From Eledone cirrhosa (lineage: Eukaryota), in contig OZ024741.1 in assembly GCA_964016885.1 (NCBI GenBank), forward strand, positions 62,868,001 through 62,932,000: 64,000 nucleotides of DNA. The letters are read 5' to 3'. Shown here piece by piece: positions 28,249 to 41,660 of the stretch (position 1 is its first letter; the number at the start of each line of letters is the position of its first letter). The notes beneath the pieces were generated by a model. The model was not told the origin of the DNA. It made no database searches and worked only from the letters and a program-made list of their open reading frames with translations. Made by a program: the position numbers and the translations under genes.

Positions 28249-28840
28249 GTCAGGTCACCAGTTGGTGCTACTGGTAACATGTATCCCAGTATAACCTGTC
28301 TCATGGTCGGGTCGTTGGCGACTAAACTGGCAACCCCATCAAGGTCTCTTGGTGAGGAGGGTGACTTTGGACATCCTGCAGGACTAAAAACAAAACCTGT
28401 CAAAGGGCAAAGAGCTCTTAAGAGTCAATGACCATCCAAAATCACCGGGAGAGATGACCCCTTAGCCTTTGTCAAGGTAGAATTCTAGGAGAAGGAAAAC
28501 TCTGATATAACACCTGCAACTCTGATGGTATCCAATGATGTTGACTTGTTCTTCTTTTTGGTAAATATCATCTTAGTTAAGAGAGTGGGACTGGCTTTGT
28601 GCAGTGCCTTTGCTCACTATAAAAGCATTGCTTTATATCTGGAGATCTCTCTGCAGTTGTCGTCACGTGGTACCATGGGCCCAGCACTATGTGTCAATAA
28701 TTGTCACAAGTGTAGTGTTTGTACCAGAGTTTTCAAGTCCCTGGCTGGACTAAAAAGTCACACTCGTTCAGCGCATCGGTAGGGGTTCTCTTACATGGAT
28801 ATAAAGTAGTGGCCGTACTCGAAAACGAGTTTGCAGCCAC
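28249..28840 (+). mobile_element. Non-autonomous bipartite RTE-derived element
   Basis: GGAGAAGGAAAACTCTGA head motif; tail encodes CSVCTRVFKSLAGLKSHTRSAH like the RTE ends at 60163-60519. Confidence 0.8.
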
Positions 28841-28994
28841 AATATATATATATATTAGGTATAGGATTACCCAAGATGTAGTAATGGTTAATTACTACAC
28901 TGGATATGGTTGACGAACGGTGAGAGGTTACTCTACGAGTTATGGAAGAATTGTTGAAGAAACTTAGTTCCTGATCCTTCTGTATTCCGGAGTG

Positions 28995-29400
28995 TATATA
29001 AAGAATGAATAATAACAGGTAGACATCATAAAAAGGTAATTTATTCCGTGTGCTTACAAATGTTTCCACGATGGTACTACAGCCTAGTTATGCTATGTGC
29101 AAATTTACAAGTATTTGCAGAACTCAAATATCCAATGCTGTGACCACTGTATCCTCTGAGTGCTTGCAAATGTTTCCACGGTTGTACTACAGCCTAGTTA
29201 TACTATGTGGAAATTTACAAGTATTTGCAGAACTCTGAGGATAAAGTGGTCACAACATTGGATATTTGAGTTCTGCAAATACTTGTAAATTTGCACATAG
29301 CATAACTAGGCTGTAGTACCACCGTGGAAACATTTGCAAGCACTCGGAATAAATTACCTTTTTATGATGTCTACCTGTTATTATTCATTCTTTATATATA
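28995..29400. repeat. Fold-back element (about 165-bp arms) with candidate extended-stem-II hammerhead
   Basis: 28995-29158 is the reverse complement of 29235-29400; the spacer duplicates part of the arm. Confidence 0.85.
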
Positions 29401-29481
29401 TATATATAAATACATGTATTCATGAAATATATTAGGCTACAATACACAGGTAGCAAAATATGGGACCGTGATCACACACAC

Positions 29482-29551
<70 letters not shown>

Positions 29552-29638
29552 TTAACTTAAAATTCATTTTCATTTTTCAGGAAATTGAATTGAAATACCT
29601 TCCCTGAAATATCTGCAATATTTTATTCGAAACCGAAT

Positions 29639-29762
<124 letters not shown>

Positions 29763-30100
29763 ATGTGTGTGCATGTGTGTGTGTTTGTATGTGTGTGCGC
29801 GTTATGTAACTTGTTGTAACTAGGGTGACGCTGGTCGAAGCACTTGACGCTGTTACAGGGTCCATTCTCGTTGGTTTGTGCTCCAGGTTTAAGGCGGCTG
29901 TACTTTGCAGAGTGTATATATATATAGAGTGAAAATGAGAAGTCAGATTCGCATATCTGGAGTGTCGATTAAGAGTCGTGACCGATCGCATGATCAAATC
30001 CGAGCTGATCGATATCGAAACAGTTGCAATATGCAATATGGTTTCATAACAAGCTGTAAATCTGACATCTTATTGTCACTCTATCTCCCCTCTCTCTCTC

Positions 30101-30554
<454 letters not shown>

Positions 30555-30738
30555 TGATCATATCAATGACCGGGTTCAGTATGAATCCGGTGATATCATC
30601 AGGTATTCGAAATATAATAAATGAATGTAATAGGTAAAATCCAGGGGGCTGAAAATCAAAGACCGGAGGACGACCGACATCTAGCATCTTCCACTTTTGC
30701 CGGTCGCCCTCATATATATATATATATATGCAGTGGCG

Positions 30739-30831
<93 letters not shown>

Positions 30832-30904
30832 TTGAAGCTGGAAATAGTAGGGAAATATATATTTTAGGTTTTTTTTTTCCCTTTCTTTGATTCGTCAAAG
30901 TGAA

Positions 30905-31030
30905 GGTGCGTGGATGAGTAGTTTGAGAATTGGATTCACAATCGTGAGGTTGTGAGTTCGAATCCCGGACCGGGCGATGCGTTATCTGTTGAGCAAGACA
31001 CCTTATTTCACGTTGCTCCTTCTACCTGGA
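30905..31030 (+). mobile_element. tRNA-derived SINE fragment
   Basis: GAGTTCGAATCCC B-box; TTGAGCAAGACACCTTATTTCACGTTGCTCC. Confidence 0.65.
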
Positions 31031-31104
31031 GTTGCAACCGAAAGATAGTATTAGCAATTGGAAAGACCAACGGAAACATTGTTTCCTCGGTCCGATTCGA
31101 CGAT

Positions 31105-31530
31105 ATATTGTTATACTTTGGGAGGGTCATGTTGCCAATAAGAAACACACGCACCAGTGCTTTCATTCCAATTTATTATAAATTAAATTTATAAATTTTC
31201 CGGTTGGTTGGTTCCATAACCGGACGGTTGTTCATATATTGTCAAAGTTCTTTCGTCACACATTCTGTGACCTCTTAAATGACTGGGGATTCTTTTCTCT
31301 GTTTTGTGCATCTCCTTTGTTCTGTCACTGAAGAGGTCACAGAATGTTTGACGAAAAAACTTTGACAATATATGAACAACCGTCCGGTTGTGGAACCAAC
31401 CAACCAACCAACCAACCGGAAATTTATAAATTCTTAAATTTATAAATTTAATTTATAATAAATTGGAGTGAAAGCTATAGGTGCGTGTGTTTCTTATTGG
31501 CAACATGACCCTCCCCAAGTATAACAATAT
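31105..31530. mobile_element. Non-coding fold-back derivative of the PLE tail at 43890-44125 with two hammerhead copies
   Basis: Arms 31105-31283 and 31324-31530; sequence matches 43890-44125. Confidence 0.85.
31324..31366 (+). ncRNA. Hammerhead ribozyme copy with a stem III mismatch
   Basis: GTCA-CTGAAGA-gGTCAC..TGAC-GAAA-AAAC-TT-TGAC. Confidence 0.6.
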
Positions 31531-31584
31531 CGGTTTCAACACACGTTTTCAGATAAAGAATCTTGCTAAACAAATTCAGAAACG

Positions 31585-31629
<45 letters not shown>

Positions 31630-31807
31630 GTTCAAGAGTAACCAATCTTAAAGAGAGAGATGGAGATAGGAGAGGAGATAGGAGAGGAGAAGAGAGATTG
31701 GTGAATTAGTTAGAAGCTAAAGCGTAAAGGCTCAATGTGCAATATGCAGTGGAAGGCAGCTAGCTAGGTGGCTGTGTTCATACAGAGGTTAGGTGCACAG
31801 AGCTGGA

Positions 31808-33756
31808 AATATTCATTAGTTAAGCAAGGCAAGACCACAAATTTCCCAAGGAAGACATTATTAAAGGATTGTCAACATAGTTTTAGTTTAATGTAAGTTT
31901 AATGAAATACTTACATATATTAGCCCACACTCTAACCACCCACCGGCAGTCATCAGAGCAGTAATTAATTCTATCTCGTATAGGACCTCCATGCTATCAG
32001 CAAATGAGGAGATATTTATAAACCATGCGGCATATTATAATAAGACTCTTTCTGAATCTGGTTATGAACAGTCCATTTACTAGATACCTAAATGCCATAA
32101 CACAGCACTCCACCACAACCATAATAAACTTAACACTAGAACTAGAAATACCTTAGCATATAGCCAGATTTCCCGGAATTTTAGCAGTAACAGCACCTAT
32201 ACAGGGAACCTTAATGGTGGCAGAGGCCTACTTCCCACTCCAAATAGCAAACTAAAAATCAACCCTAGAATAGGAATGAGCAATGGGATGACAAATAACA
32301 AATGCCCAGGTAATAATAACCCTATGAAGGCCCTACCAATTCCACTAGAACCCCTAGAAGGAATAGGCCTAGAAATATCACCTGGCTTAACCCCCCATTC
32401 TCATCTAACTTAGCCACTAATATCCCTAAACGCTTCTTCTATATCCTATCTAGCCCCCCCCCCAACCATAGATATTACAAACTTTTTAATAAAAACAACA
32501 TTAAAATCTCATTCTCCACAACACCTAACCTAGCTAGCCACATCGCATTCAGTAGCCATCATAAACTAAGACAGTATAAGTCCCACACCGCGGTACCACC
32601 ACCCCCATCAAATACACCACGCCACTACATCAATACTTACTCTAGTAGCACACCTCCCCCATCTAATCCTTCTAGTACGCACCAACCGCATAGTTTAAAC
32701 AACCCTACTCTCACTAACTGCCGTTACCCTAATGCATGCCCACTAAATTGACAATGCCTGACACCCAATATAGTGCACAGTTAAAATACCTTCGCATACC
32801 AGCTCCTATATTGGCTCTACCTCTAACCCTTTTAAGGTACGCTATAACGCGCACTCTTTTTCCTTCCGAGAACCTAACAATAGATGTTCGACATCTCTAG
32901 TTAGGCTCATTAAACACCTTAAATTAACCAACATTGAACACTCACTAACATGGGATATCTTGGCTAGGGCCCAACCGTTCAATGGACGAAGAAATTCTTA
33001 TGACCTCTGTCTTACCGAAGCATATTACATAACTCTATCACGACCTCTACCGATTAACGATAGAACGGAGGTAACTATTAGCTGTCAACATCGAAGGGCT
33101 AATTCCTTCGCCAACAGAATATTTGACCCAACATAGCTAATAAGTTAAATAAGTTAGCTAATAAGTTAAATAGTTATAGCTAACTTAGATAATTATAAGT
33201 TACCTCCCTTACATTGTTTCTCAATTACATTGTCTCTCAATTAAAAAAATTAGCACTTCTTAACTATAAACTACCCACAATTTCTAATTTCTCGAGGAGT
33301 TACTTCCCCTGAAACCAGCCTCTAATTAGTAAGGTAAATATGTCCATTGTCGGCCATCTTGTTACCCATAGTCACATCTCACACAATGCAGCCTCGACAG
33401 AAGAATATTGCTCGACTGTGGCAGACAATAGATATATTGGACACCATAGTGAAATACCAATATATGGAACATTACATTCATGTAACATTTTTTATTTTAA
33501 TTTATATTCCTTTTGAAGTTCCGATGAACTGCTCTAATTTTACCTAAGTTAATTATTTTCAACTGAACCAGATCAATAATGATCTACAATCATTTGATCC
33601 AGAAACATTATATGGAGTAGCGAAACAATTGTAAACGGACATTATTAATATTATTATTATTATACTCTACATTCCTTACATTAAACTAAAACTATGTTAA
33701 CAATCCTTTAATAATGTCTTCTTTGTGAAATTTGTGGTCTTGCTTTGCTTAACTAA

Positions 33757-33762
<6 letters not shown>
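31808..33762 (+). mobile_element. 5'-truncated Penelope-like element with short inverted 5' copy of its tail
   Basis: SNHPPAVI..NEEIFINHAAYYNK, RNITWLNPPFS, NCRYPNACPL, SYIGSTSNPFKVRYNAH, LCLTEA; 31808-31900 is the reverse complement of 33675-33762. Confidence 0.85.
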
Positions 33763-33833
<71 letters not shown>

Positions 33834-34754
33834 CCAGTTTTCAACTAGTTAGACCATTAATCAACAGAGTACTCGATACTTTTGATAGGAAAGTTTGGCT
33901 ATATTATAAAGATTCGTGTTTTATGGAATGTAGTAATTTATCTCTGTTTGCATATTGAGTGTTCGTACTTTAGTGATTACAACCCTACATACCCATACCA
34001 TCACTCGAAATCATAAAAATAGCTGTTTATGTCACTGGCGCATAAGCAGGTCAATATACACCAACCCTAACCACTCATCCAGCTCTTACGCAATACAGGA
34101 TAACTCCCCAATAGATTCGCCCCACAACACCAATCCAATAGCGGCATGAAAACAACAATACTCATTCAGACACCCTATTACAGAACTATCAATAGTCCCA
34201 TGCCTAGCACAAATAGACACACAATATAAACATAGGCCCACTATATTGCATAACAAATTAATAATAATTCTCCACACCACCTCTCTCATTCACAACAAAT
34301 ACATACAATATCATCACCACCTCCCACAAACAATCGCTAACACACACACCTGTTGCCAGGCACAAACCCACATGCATAAAAGCACATTAAGTACATTATA
34401 TACATACATACGCACCCAAACCAGCAACACACAAACGCACCCACACTACCAACACACACACGCTTTTTGACTCCGTAGTACTAGAACTCAACTAAATTAA
34501 AATATTAAAATATAAAATGTATATATCCTCCGGTAGTTTATGGTATTTTAAGTGTTTCGTCAAACAAGCAGCAACAGTTACAAGAATGTTTCTAATTAAA
34601 CACACACTCTAACAAACATGGGTACTCACGACAATGTTAAGCCAGAACAAATATATAATAATTTCAACACCACACACGCACACATGTACGTCGGCAAAAC
34701 TCCTACATACATACAAATATAATAAATGTATGTTTATTAATGTAACAATAATAA

Positions 34755-34945
34755 TAATTGTTTCTTATATAGGTACAAGGCGAGCAATTACCTCAGTATA
34801 TTACTGGTACTTTATTTTATCGATCCCGTGAGGATGAAAAGCAAAGTTAGCCATGGCAGGATTTGAACTCAGACCGTAAAGGGCCGTAACTCTATGCTGC
34901 ATAGCAGGGTGTCCGACTGTAAACCGATACTGCCAATCCTGACAA
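34755..34945 (-). mobile_element. Nin-domain SINE
   Basis: Same A/B boxes and Nin-like core as other copies. Confidence 0.75.
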
Positions 34946-35049
34946 CTATGATAATGGCAATAACAAAAAAATAGAAAAGGAAACAAGGAAAAAAGAATAG
35001 GGAAATATAGAGAAAAGAGAGAAAAAGCGAGAAAGAAAAGAACGGGAAG

Positions 35050-35525
35050 AAGATGGCGCAGCAAGAGCTCTGGTGTCGCAGAAATTGTGCCCTGGGCCTA
35101 GGGCAAGGGGGCAGAAGTACTGCGGCCCGCGGACAAGACCGCAAAGCATTCCCGCAGACGATGGCCAGTGACACCCATTGCAAGAGCCACCCAACCTCAC
35201 GGGGCTCCATCCTCAGACGGGCCACCGATGTACCAATCTTGCGGAGGAGCTCGGCAGTACGGGGTGAAATTACGCCTGAGGTCTCGACGGAGACTGCTGC
35301 GAAGAGGAAGCAGCCAGACAAATCCCAGTATATATTTTTTAAAAGTTCTTCTTCGAGGCGGGCCGGGGTTGGTGGCCGACGCGACAAAGCTGGAGGCTGA
35401 GAACGTGTCGCAGCAGGTGGCGTTCCAGATGAGGGATCTACCTTCTTGGAATGGGAAGAGGCTGATTCGGTCGGGGCGCTTGCTATCTCCGCGGTCTAGG
35501 CCTGCTGGCTCCAGTTGAGATGGAA
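35050..35525 (-). mobile_element. CRE-clade non-LTR retrotransposon 3' fragment (restriction-like endonuclease)
   Basis: EPAGLDRGDSKRPD..FPFQEGRSLIWNATCCDT and AVSVETSG..LRKIG..WLLQWVSLAIVCGNA; GC-rich island. Confidence 0.8.
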
Positions 35526-36439
35526 AGCCATGCCATACCCACATGCATATTCGCACCCACAACTTCTCTACATTTAACTCCGTAGTACTAGACATTATCT
35601 AATTAAAATGTGTGTTTTTATAAATATGTATACATCTGTTCGTAATTTAAGGTAAATTAAGTGTTAGCTTAGCAACCAGTAACAAATACAACAAAAAGAA
35701 CTCAAAATAATACATTCACTCGAAACTAAAACAACAATGGTAATACTGATCAGCTGGTTTGGGCTTTTTTGAAATAGATTCTTTTGTAGAAATATATATT
35801 TAATTAGTCTATGTGTGAGCGGGCGGAACTAGCCTCTTGTTGTCGCGTCAGTTCTCTGGCTCCAATGTCTTCAAATATGCTAGTTATAGGTTTTTTTCCG
35901 ACCATATAAATGGCGAAACAAATGCTTGTTTGTAGACATACATACACACACAACATAAATCTTCGATAATTATAATCGACATCTTAACAACTCTTTCATT
36001 TCATCCCCCCACCTCATAAGAAATGAAACATTCAGATACACACAGATACGCACATAAACACACACATATATATACACACATACACAGCTACACAAACAGA
36101 CACATAATTTCTCTCTTAATATATGAAAATGTATGTATGTATATATCCTGCAATCAATTCATTCTAAAGCTTTTCTGCAATAACATAAAGAAAATTTACA
36201 TATGGATGGACAACGTATATCCTTATATGGACAAGCCGCGCCCCTAACGAAATGGCCAGTCAAATGTGAGCATTTTTGGCTAACAATCTGGTACTTGCTG
36301 TTGAAACGGCAAGAGCTCACCCGTCGGAATCCGACTCTTTATTATATATATATATATATATGAAGAATTAGTATATCTACCAACATATATATACAGATGC
36401 ATACCTATGCTAGCAAATATATAGGTTTTGTCTTAGTAA

Positions 36440-37992
36440 CTTTGTGGTTCAATGCAAGGGGATGCAGAACAATTATATGAAAGACGTAAAAGAAGAAAAT
36501 TATAAAAATTAACTTACTTACTAAAATTTCACTCCAACTAATTAGTTTCTGAAAGGGAATAAACATGGTTTCCGAATGGAACAACATGGAGAATGCCTTT
36601 CGTCATCAGGAAGTCAATTCTCAGCTAAGTTCCCATGCGATGCGTGGACACAGGGAACTTATACAAAAATAATTCAGTGGATGGAAAAAAGCAAGCGAGG
36701 ACTAAATTCCAAGTCGTCGAGAATGTTGTTCATCAGTTTGCGCTGCACGTGCAACTGGACTTACAAATGCATTTCCGAAAAGGCGGATGCTCCTCTTTTT
36801 TTCTGTCTCAGTTGCCCGGGTAATTGCATTTCGAGTTGCATTTTCTGACAACCGAGTCAAATTTTCTACGGACAACTCTGTAGCTCTTCTTCGTTTGGCA
36901 GCAGAAGCAGCTTTAGTTTGGCGACTAAGTCGTGGTCTTTTTTTGGGTGGCATGACCGTAGATTCAAAGAATGTGTTTGGTAGAGAAAATTTTCAAATGA
37001 ACTTTGAATTAGTTTAAAGTGAGTACTATATTGTAGCAGGACTGAACACGTAAATATTTATGCAGGTAATGGAGCATGAAAGGGGGAGTAGCCAAAACTT
37101 TCAATTGAACGAGTAAGTGGAAAATGAGTACTAAGTAAGATCTATGAAGAATGCACGTCAAATAATAGGTCAAACCTGTAAGCCAAGCCTGTCTGAGTTA
37201 TAGCACAAAAGAACGTAAACAGGGGCGTTATTTTGGAGCACACTGGAAAATAAATCATTGAAATCAGACGTTCGTTAAAAAAGTGTTCTCATTAATTTTT
37301 TATCTCATATTGAGAAAATCAAAGAAAGAAAAATTACAAAAAGGACAACAATAAAATATAATGTCTTTGTTGAGATTCAAGAAAATGAACACTTAAGCTT
37401 CGTTATTGTTACGTTTGTTGTTTTATAAATTCATCTGTTGCTTTTGAATATTTGTTATTTGATGTAAAATGTAACGTTGAGAGAGCAGTATGTATTTAGT
37501 GTTATCGGCTTTTTAATTTTTTATATTTGTTGTATGACGAACGAAGAGGATGAATGATCTATTATAGAGAGAGAAGATTTGTCGTTGTTCTAAACTGTAA
37601 TGGAGACGGAGGCAGTAACCTTTTAAAGAGAGTTGCAGAGGAGATTGAGGGTAGTGTGAGGAATGAAGCGTGTAAGAGAGAGGGTTATGAAATGTTGTGT
37701 CGCGTTCCTTCAGAGACGGAGGCAGTAACCTTTTAAAGAGAGTTGCGGAGGAGATTGAGGGTAGTGAGAGGAATGAATCGTGTAAGAGAGATAGTTACAG
37801 CATGTATTTAGTTTTATTGGTTTTTTTCATAGAAGCAGGAAATATCTGGCAAAAGTAATTACGTGATGACCTGTCCTGGTAAATTTGGAGCACATTGGAA
37901 AAGAAATCATCAAAATCGGTAGAGAAATGTGGAAATGCATAAAAATCATACACACACACACAGACAGACATCTACCGTTTTATATATAGAGA
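36440..37992 (-). mobile_element. Helitron 5' portion with N-terminal RepHel-like ORF start
   Basis: 5' end TCTATATATAAAACGGTAGATGTCTGTC matches that at 42305; ORF 36702-36953 MPPKKRPRLSRQT..ETEKKRSIRL; 3' limit uncertain. Confidence 0.75.
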
Positions 37993-38299
37993 TATATATA
38001 TATATATATATATATTATACTAGCAGTTTAGCCCGGCGTTGCTCGGGCTTGTTCATTTGCTATGAAAAGTTACATACAGATAAACGTAGCTTGAAAGCGC
38101 ATAAGCTTATCAATTAAGTGCATAAAGCAGTTGAACCGGTTATTAATAGTTACGAACCAATTAGCATTTTGGACAATCAATGATAGGTTAATAATCTTCC
38201 AATAGCGAATTTAGTAGACCAAAGCTGCAAGATGGCGGCCCTGATACCGCTGGGTGTCAGATCTGTCCCTACCAGTTTTCCAGCCGGCATAGTTCCAGC

Positions 38300-41235
38300 A
38301 CCTGAACCAACATCTATAGCACCTCTTTGTAGACGATATTGCGTGTCATCCCTTGAGGAATGTAAGCAAAAAGTCCATTCCTGCTCCCTACGTGGGAACA
38401 GGCAACATAAAGTTGGCCATGGGAGAAGCATGGCTCCCCCAAATGGATGCCCGCCACCGACAAATATTTGCCCTTGTGACTTGTTAATGGACATGGAAAA
38501 ACATGGTCTCACCGGGAATTGGGATCGCCGGAAATCGAACTGGATATCTGACGCCGAGAGGAAAAGGTTCATCCTTGGAATGAAAATATTCTCCCCTCTT
38601 CCGCACCTCGTTACAAGGGTGGCCTCAATCAAGTTGGGCGTCATTGACTTGACCACCATGCGAGTACCGCTGCACTGCTTTGGTGGACGCAAGTTCCTTA
38701 TTAGCATAATGGGACAGCCAACCCTAAGCTTAAGATTGTGAGGTGGGAGCCCTGGGGACTCAGGGGAATTTAATAACTCAACCGGATAATTAACGATATC
38801 GTCGAGGTCTGACGTCCGGTCGATAGATTTGAAGATGTGTTCTTTACCGGGAAACTTCTCAATCATCTGCTCGTTAATAAAATTAACAATGGTATTTTTC
38901 GGAGCAAGGATGGCTCTTTCTCTGAGCCAATCGAGGTTTTTAAAGTTAGATGAGACATTAGGAAAAACTGCTTCCCAAAAGGTCAGAAGGGCTGCTCACC
39001 TTGTTGAACAGGGAGTCGATTGCTATGCCGCCCTTGTCGTCCGCAGGGACCTTGCCCTCACCAAGTGCTAAAATATTCTGAGCAAATGCTGCAAACATGT
39101 CACCATGCAAATGAGCACGCATATTTGTGCTCAGGTACAAACTCTTCACCTAGAGCCACAACATGGACGACTTAAGGCAGGCACGCACTTCATCAGCTCT
39201 TGTCCCTTTGGGTATGACAAGCAGCTTTGGCGTTAAATCCCCTGATAGCAGAAGGGTTACGCCACCCATAGGAGCCGTAGATTCCCTAATGTCTTTCAGG
39301 GTCCTGTCCAATGCCTCAAGGGCACCCTTGTGTGCCATAGTCCACTTATCCCAAACAATGAGGCAACATCTTTTGAGAACCAGAGCTTTGTGTGAACTCT
39401 TGCTGATATTGCATGTTTGTGTTTCAGTTTTTACTAAATCCAAGGGGTGTTTAAATGTTGAATGTGCTGTCCTGCCTCCCAGCAGCAAAGTAGCAGCGAT
39501 CCCGGACGATGCAACGGCCAACGCAATTTTTTTCTCCTGACGAAACTTAGCGAGAATCAATTTCGTTACAAAAGGTTTTCCGGTACACCCAGGAGCACTG
39601 AAAAAGTAAATACCCCCAGTCTGATTTTGAACCGCGTCAATGATAGTTAAATAGGCCAACCTTTGGTCCGATGGATGTTTGGGCTCATTTTCCTCTAAGT
39701 ATTGGGAAAGAGATTCGATGTCATATGCTGTTTCCCGCAACAAATCCGGGGCCAACGTGTTAGCTTCCTCTCTGACGGTTGACGGCAAGCCATACGTCGC
39801 CAACTCACTCCCACCCATGTCGAGGAGGGCGTCCTTGATATCAATGAGTGCCCTATTGTAGATAATGTCGCTGTAACAAACTTCCACTGAAGTATACTGC
39901 AGATGAGCCAGGCGCAGCAAGTCCTCAGACATGACGCCTCTGTACTTGACCCATAAAGATTTGGGATCACCCAATTCACACTTTTGAAGCAAAATGGCAA
40001 AGAGTTCCCGTAGACCTTTAGGTGATTTTAACAAAGCACCCTCTGCTAAAGTGGTATCCCATTGCGAATCATCTTCCAAAATACCACGCTTAAAGCAGGC
40101 TTCCCGGTACGTATCACATATTTCTCCATCAATAGTTTTGAGGTCCTGAATACTTTGTGGGCCTACAACTTCAAGCAGAAGAAGGCGGAGATGAATGCAC
40201 ACATGTTGACTTGGGGGCACAGTGTAAACCCTTCCAAGACAGCTGTCAAATTTTACACCAGGACGTCTTTCAGCAGCCTGATCTGACTTTCTTCGCACCC
40301 AAGTGTTTTTCGACCATACAAAGTAGGATGGAACCTGGGAGTACACAATTGTTTGCCCAAATGTATCGAACTGGCAAAGTTTGAAGAAACCCGTCAGAGA
40401 GGTCTCTTCCGGATCGGCGGCCAACTTGGCGGCGGTTTGGTCCGTAAAGTAAACCCTTTGCCCATTTTCCAAATGTACCGCAAGTTGTACGATGGCGGGG
40501 TGACGTTGGTGTAGGGGTAAACCAAATAGGCGCCAAAAAGGTTCATTGCTACTGATGTACCGCCCCGCCAGGTATTCTGTGACTTGGTCCCTGCTATTTT
40601 CAGCTTGAAATGCAAACATTGCGGCATCAGAGCCCTTATTTACATATTTGCATATGTATTTTATCGACTTGACGGAAATGCAAAACTCAACGTTGATGTG
40701 GGCGTTGAACATCTTCAAGAGAAGCGAGCAGTAAGGGACCACCCATCTATTGTGGACTTGATCTCCCCTTACTGGTGTGGTGAAGCCACCGTTCTTGGGC
40801 CGTCTCCGCCTGTAGAGGGGGTACCCGTCGCCACCAGTCTGAGTCTGGTCATAAATATTTTGGCGTATCCCTTACTGCACGACCCCCCTTTCAGACACGC
40901 GTGATGCTCATTAGGACCCGACGCACACGGACCATGTTAGCTTTGACGATGTCATGTAATTCCTGGTCAGTTGCTGGGTTAGGGACTTCAGCCAAAATGA
41001 AGCTGTCTATGGCATTTGAATTGATTTTATTTGCTAACCAAATCAAAATGTGAGCATGTGGCAGCCCTCGTTTTTGCCATTCGACGTCGAACATGTCACA
41101 TTTTACAGCCCTAAATACCTGACCTTTTTTTTTATTAAAGCCATGAGTTTAGCCAGTTTCAGTCTGAACACTCTGGCAATGAGGTCATGTCTGTTCGAAT
41201 AATTTTGCCCAGGAAAAAGTTCACGGGTTACATTC
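38300..41235 (-). pseudogene. Helitron Rep (HUH) / PIF1-like helicase, frameshifted
   Basis: VEWQKRGLPHAHILIWL, YICKYVNKG, APGCTGKPF (degenerate Walker A), ASSGIAATLLLGGRTAHSTF, IVWDK (degenerate Walker B), RSQFPVRPCFSMSINKSQGQ. Confidence 0.92.
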
Positions 41236-41340
41236 CGATTCATATGTCTATAGAATTAATCTGTTATATGTAGTGTCATTTTGCGGGTTGTTATTTGCAA
41301 TAAGTCGATTGAAAATGCCCCAGATAAGCCGTATGCCAAT

Positions 41341-41660
41341 ACGGAACGCTCAATACAGAACGCTCCACTGCAGTGTTGTCATATAGGGAGTGAAGAGAGA
41401 CAGAGAGAATAGAGCAGTTAAATTATAGAGGGGTAGAATATACGGAACGCTCCATTTGATCATATACATTGTTTCTCTCTCTGCAGTGTTGTCATATAGG
41501 GAGTGAAGAGAGACAGAGTGAGTAAAGCAGTTAAATTATAGAGCGGGGGAATATACGGAACGCTCCATTTGATCATATACATTGTTTCTCTCTTTGCAGT
41601 GTTGTCATATAGGGAGTGAAGAGCGACTGAGAGAGAAAAGCAGTTAAATTATAGAGAGGT
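41341..41660. repeat. 113-bp tandem repeat (about 2.7 copies) inside the Helitron 5' region
   Basis: CAGTGTTGTCATATAGGGAGTGAAGAG at 41371, 41484 and 41597. Confidence 0.9.

Noticed and set aside
32740-32760. In-frame TGA in the PLE GIY-YIG region as possible selenocysteine
   Set aside because: It falls at a usual Gly position (CPLN*QCL) in a copy with other disruptions, and I identified no SECIS
39150-40742. Possible host PIF1 helicase or active RepHel
   Set aside because: Lies inside Helitron termini, is frameshifted, and Walker A/B are degenerate
41341-41660. Repeat array resembling CRISPR
   Set aside because: Contiguous 113-bp tandem units without unique spacers, in a eukaryotic Helitron
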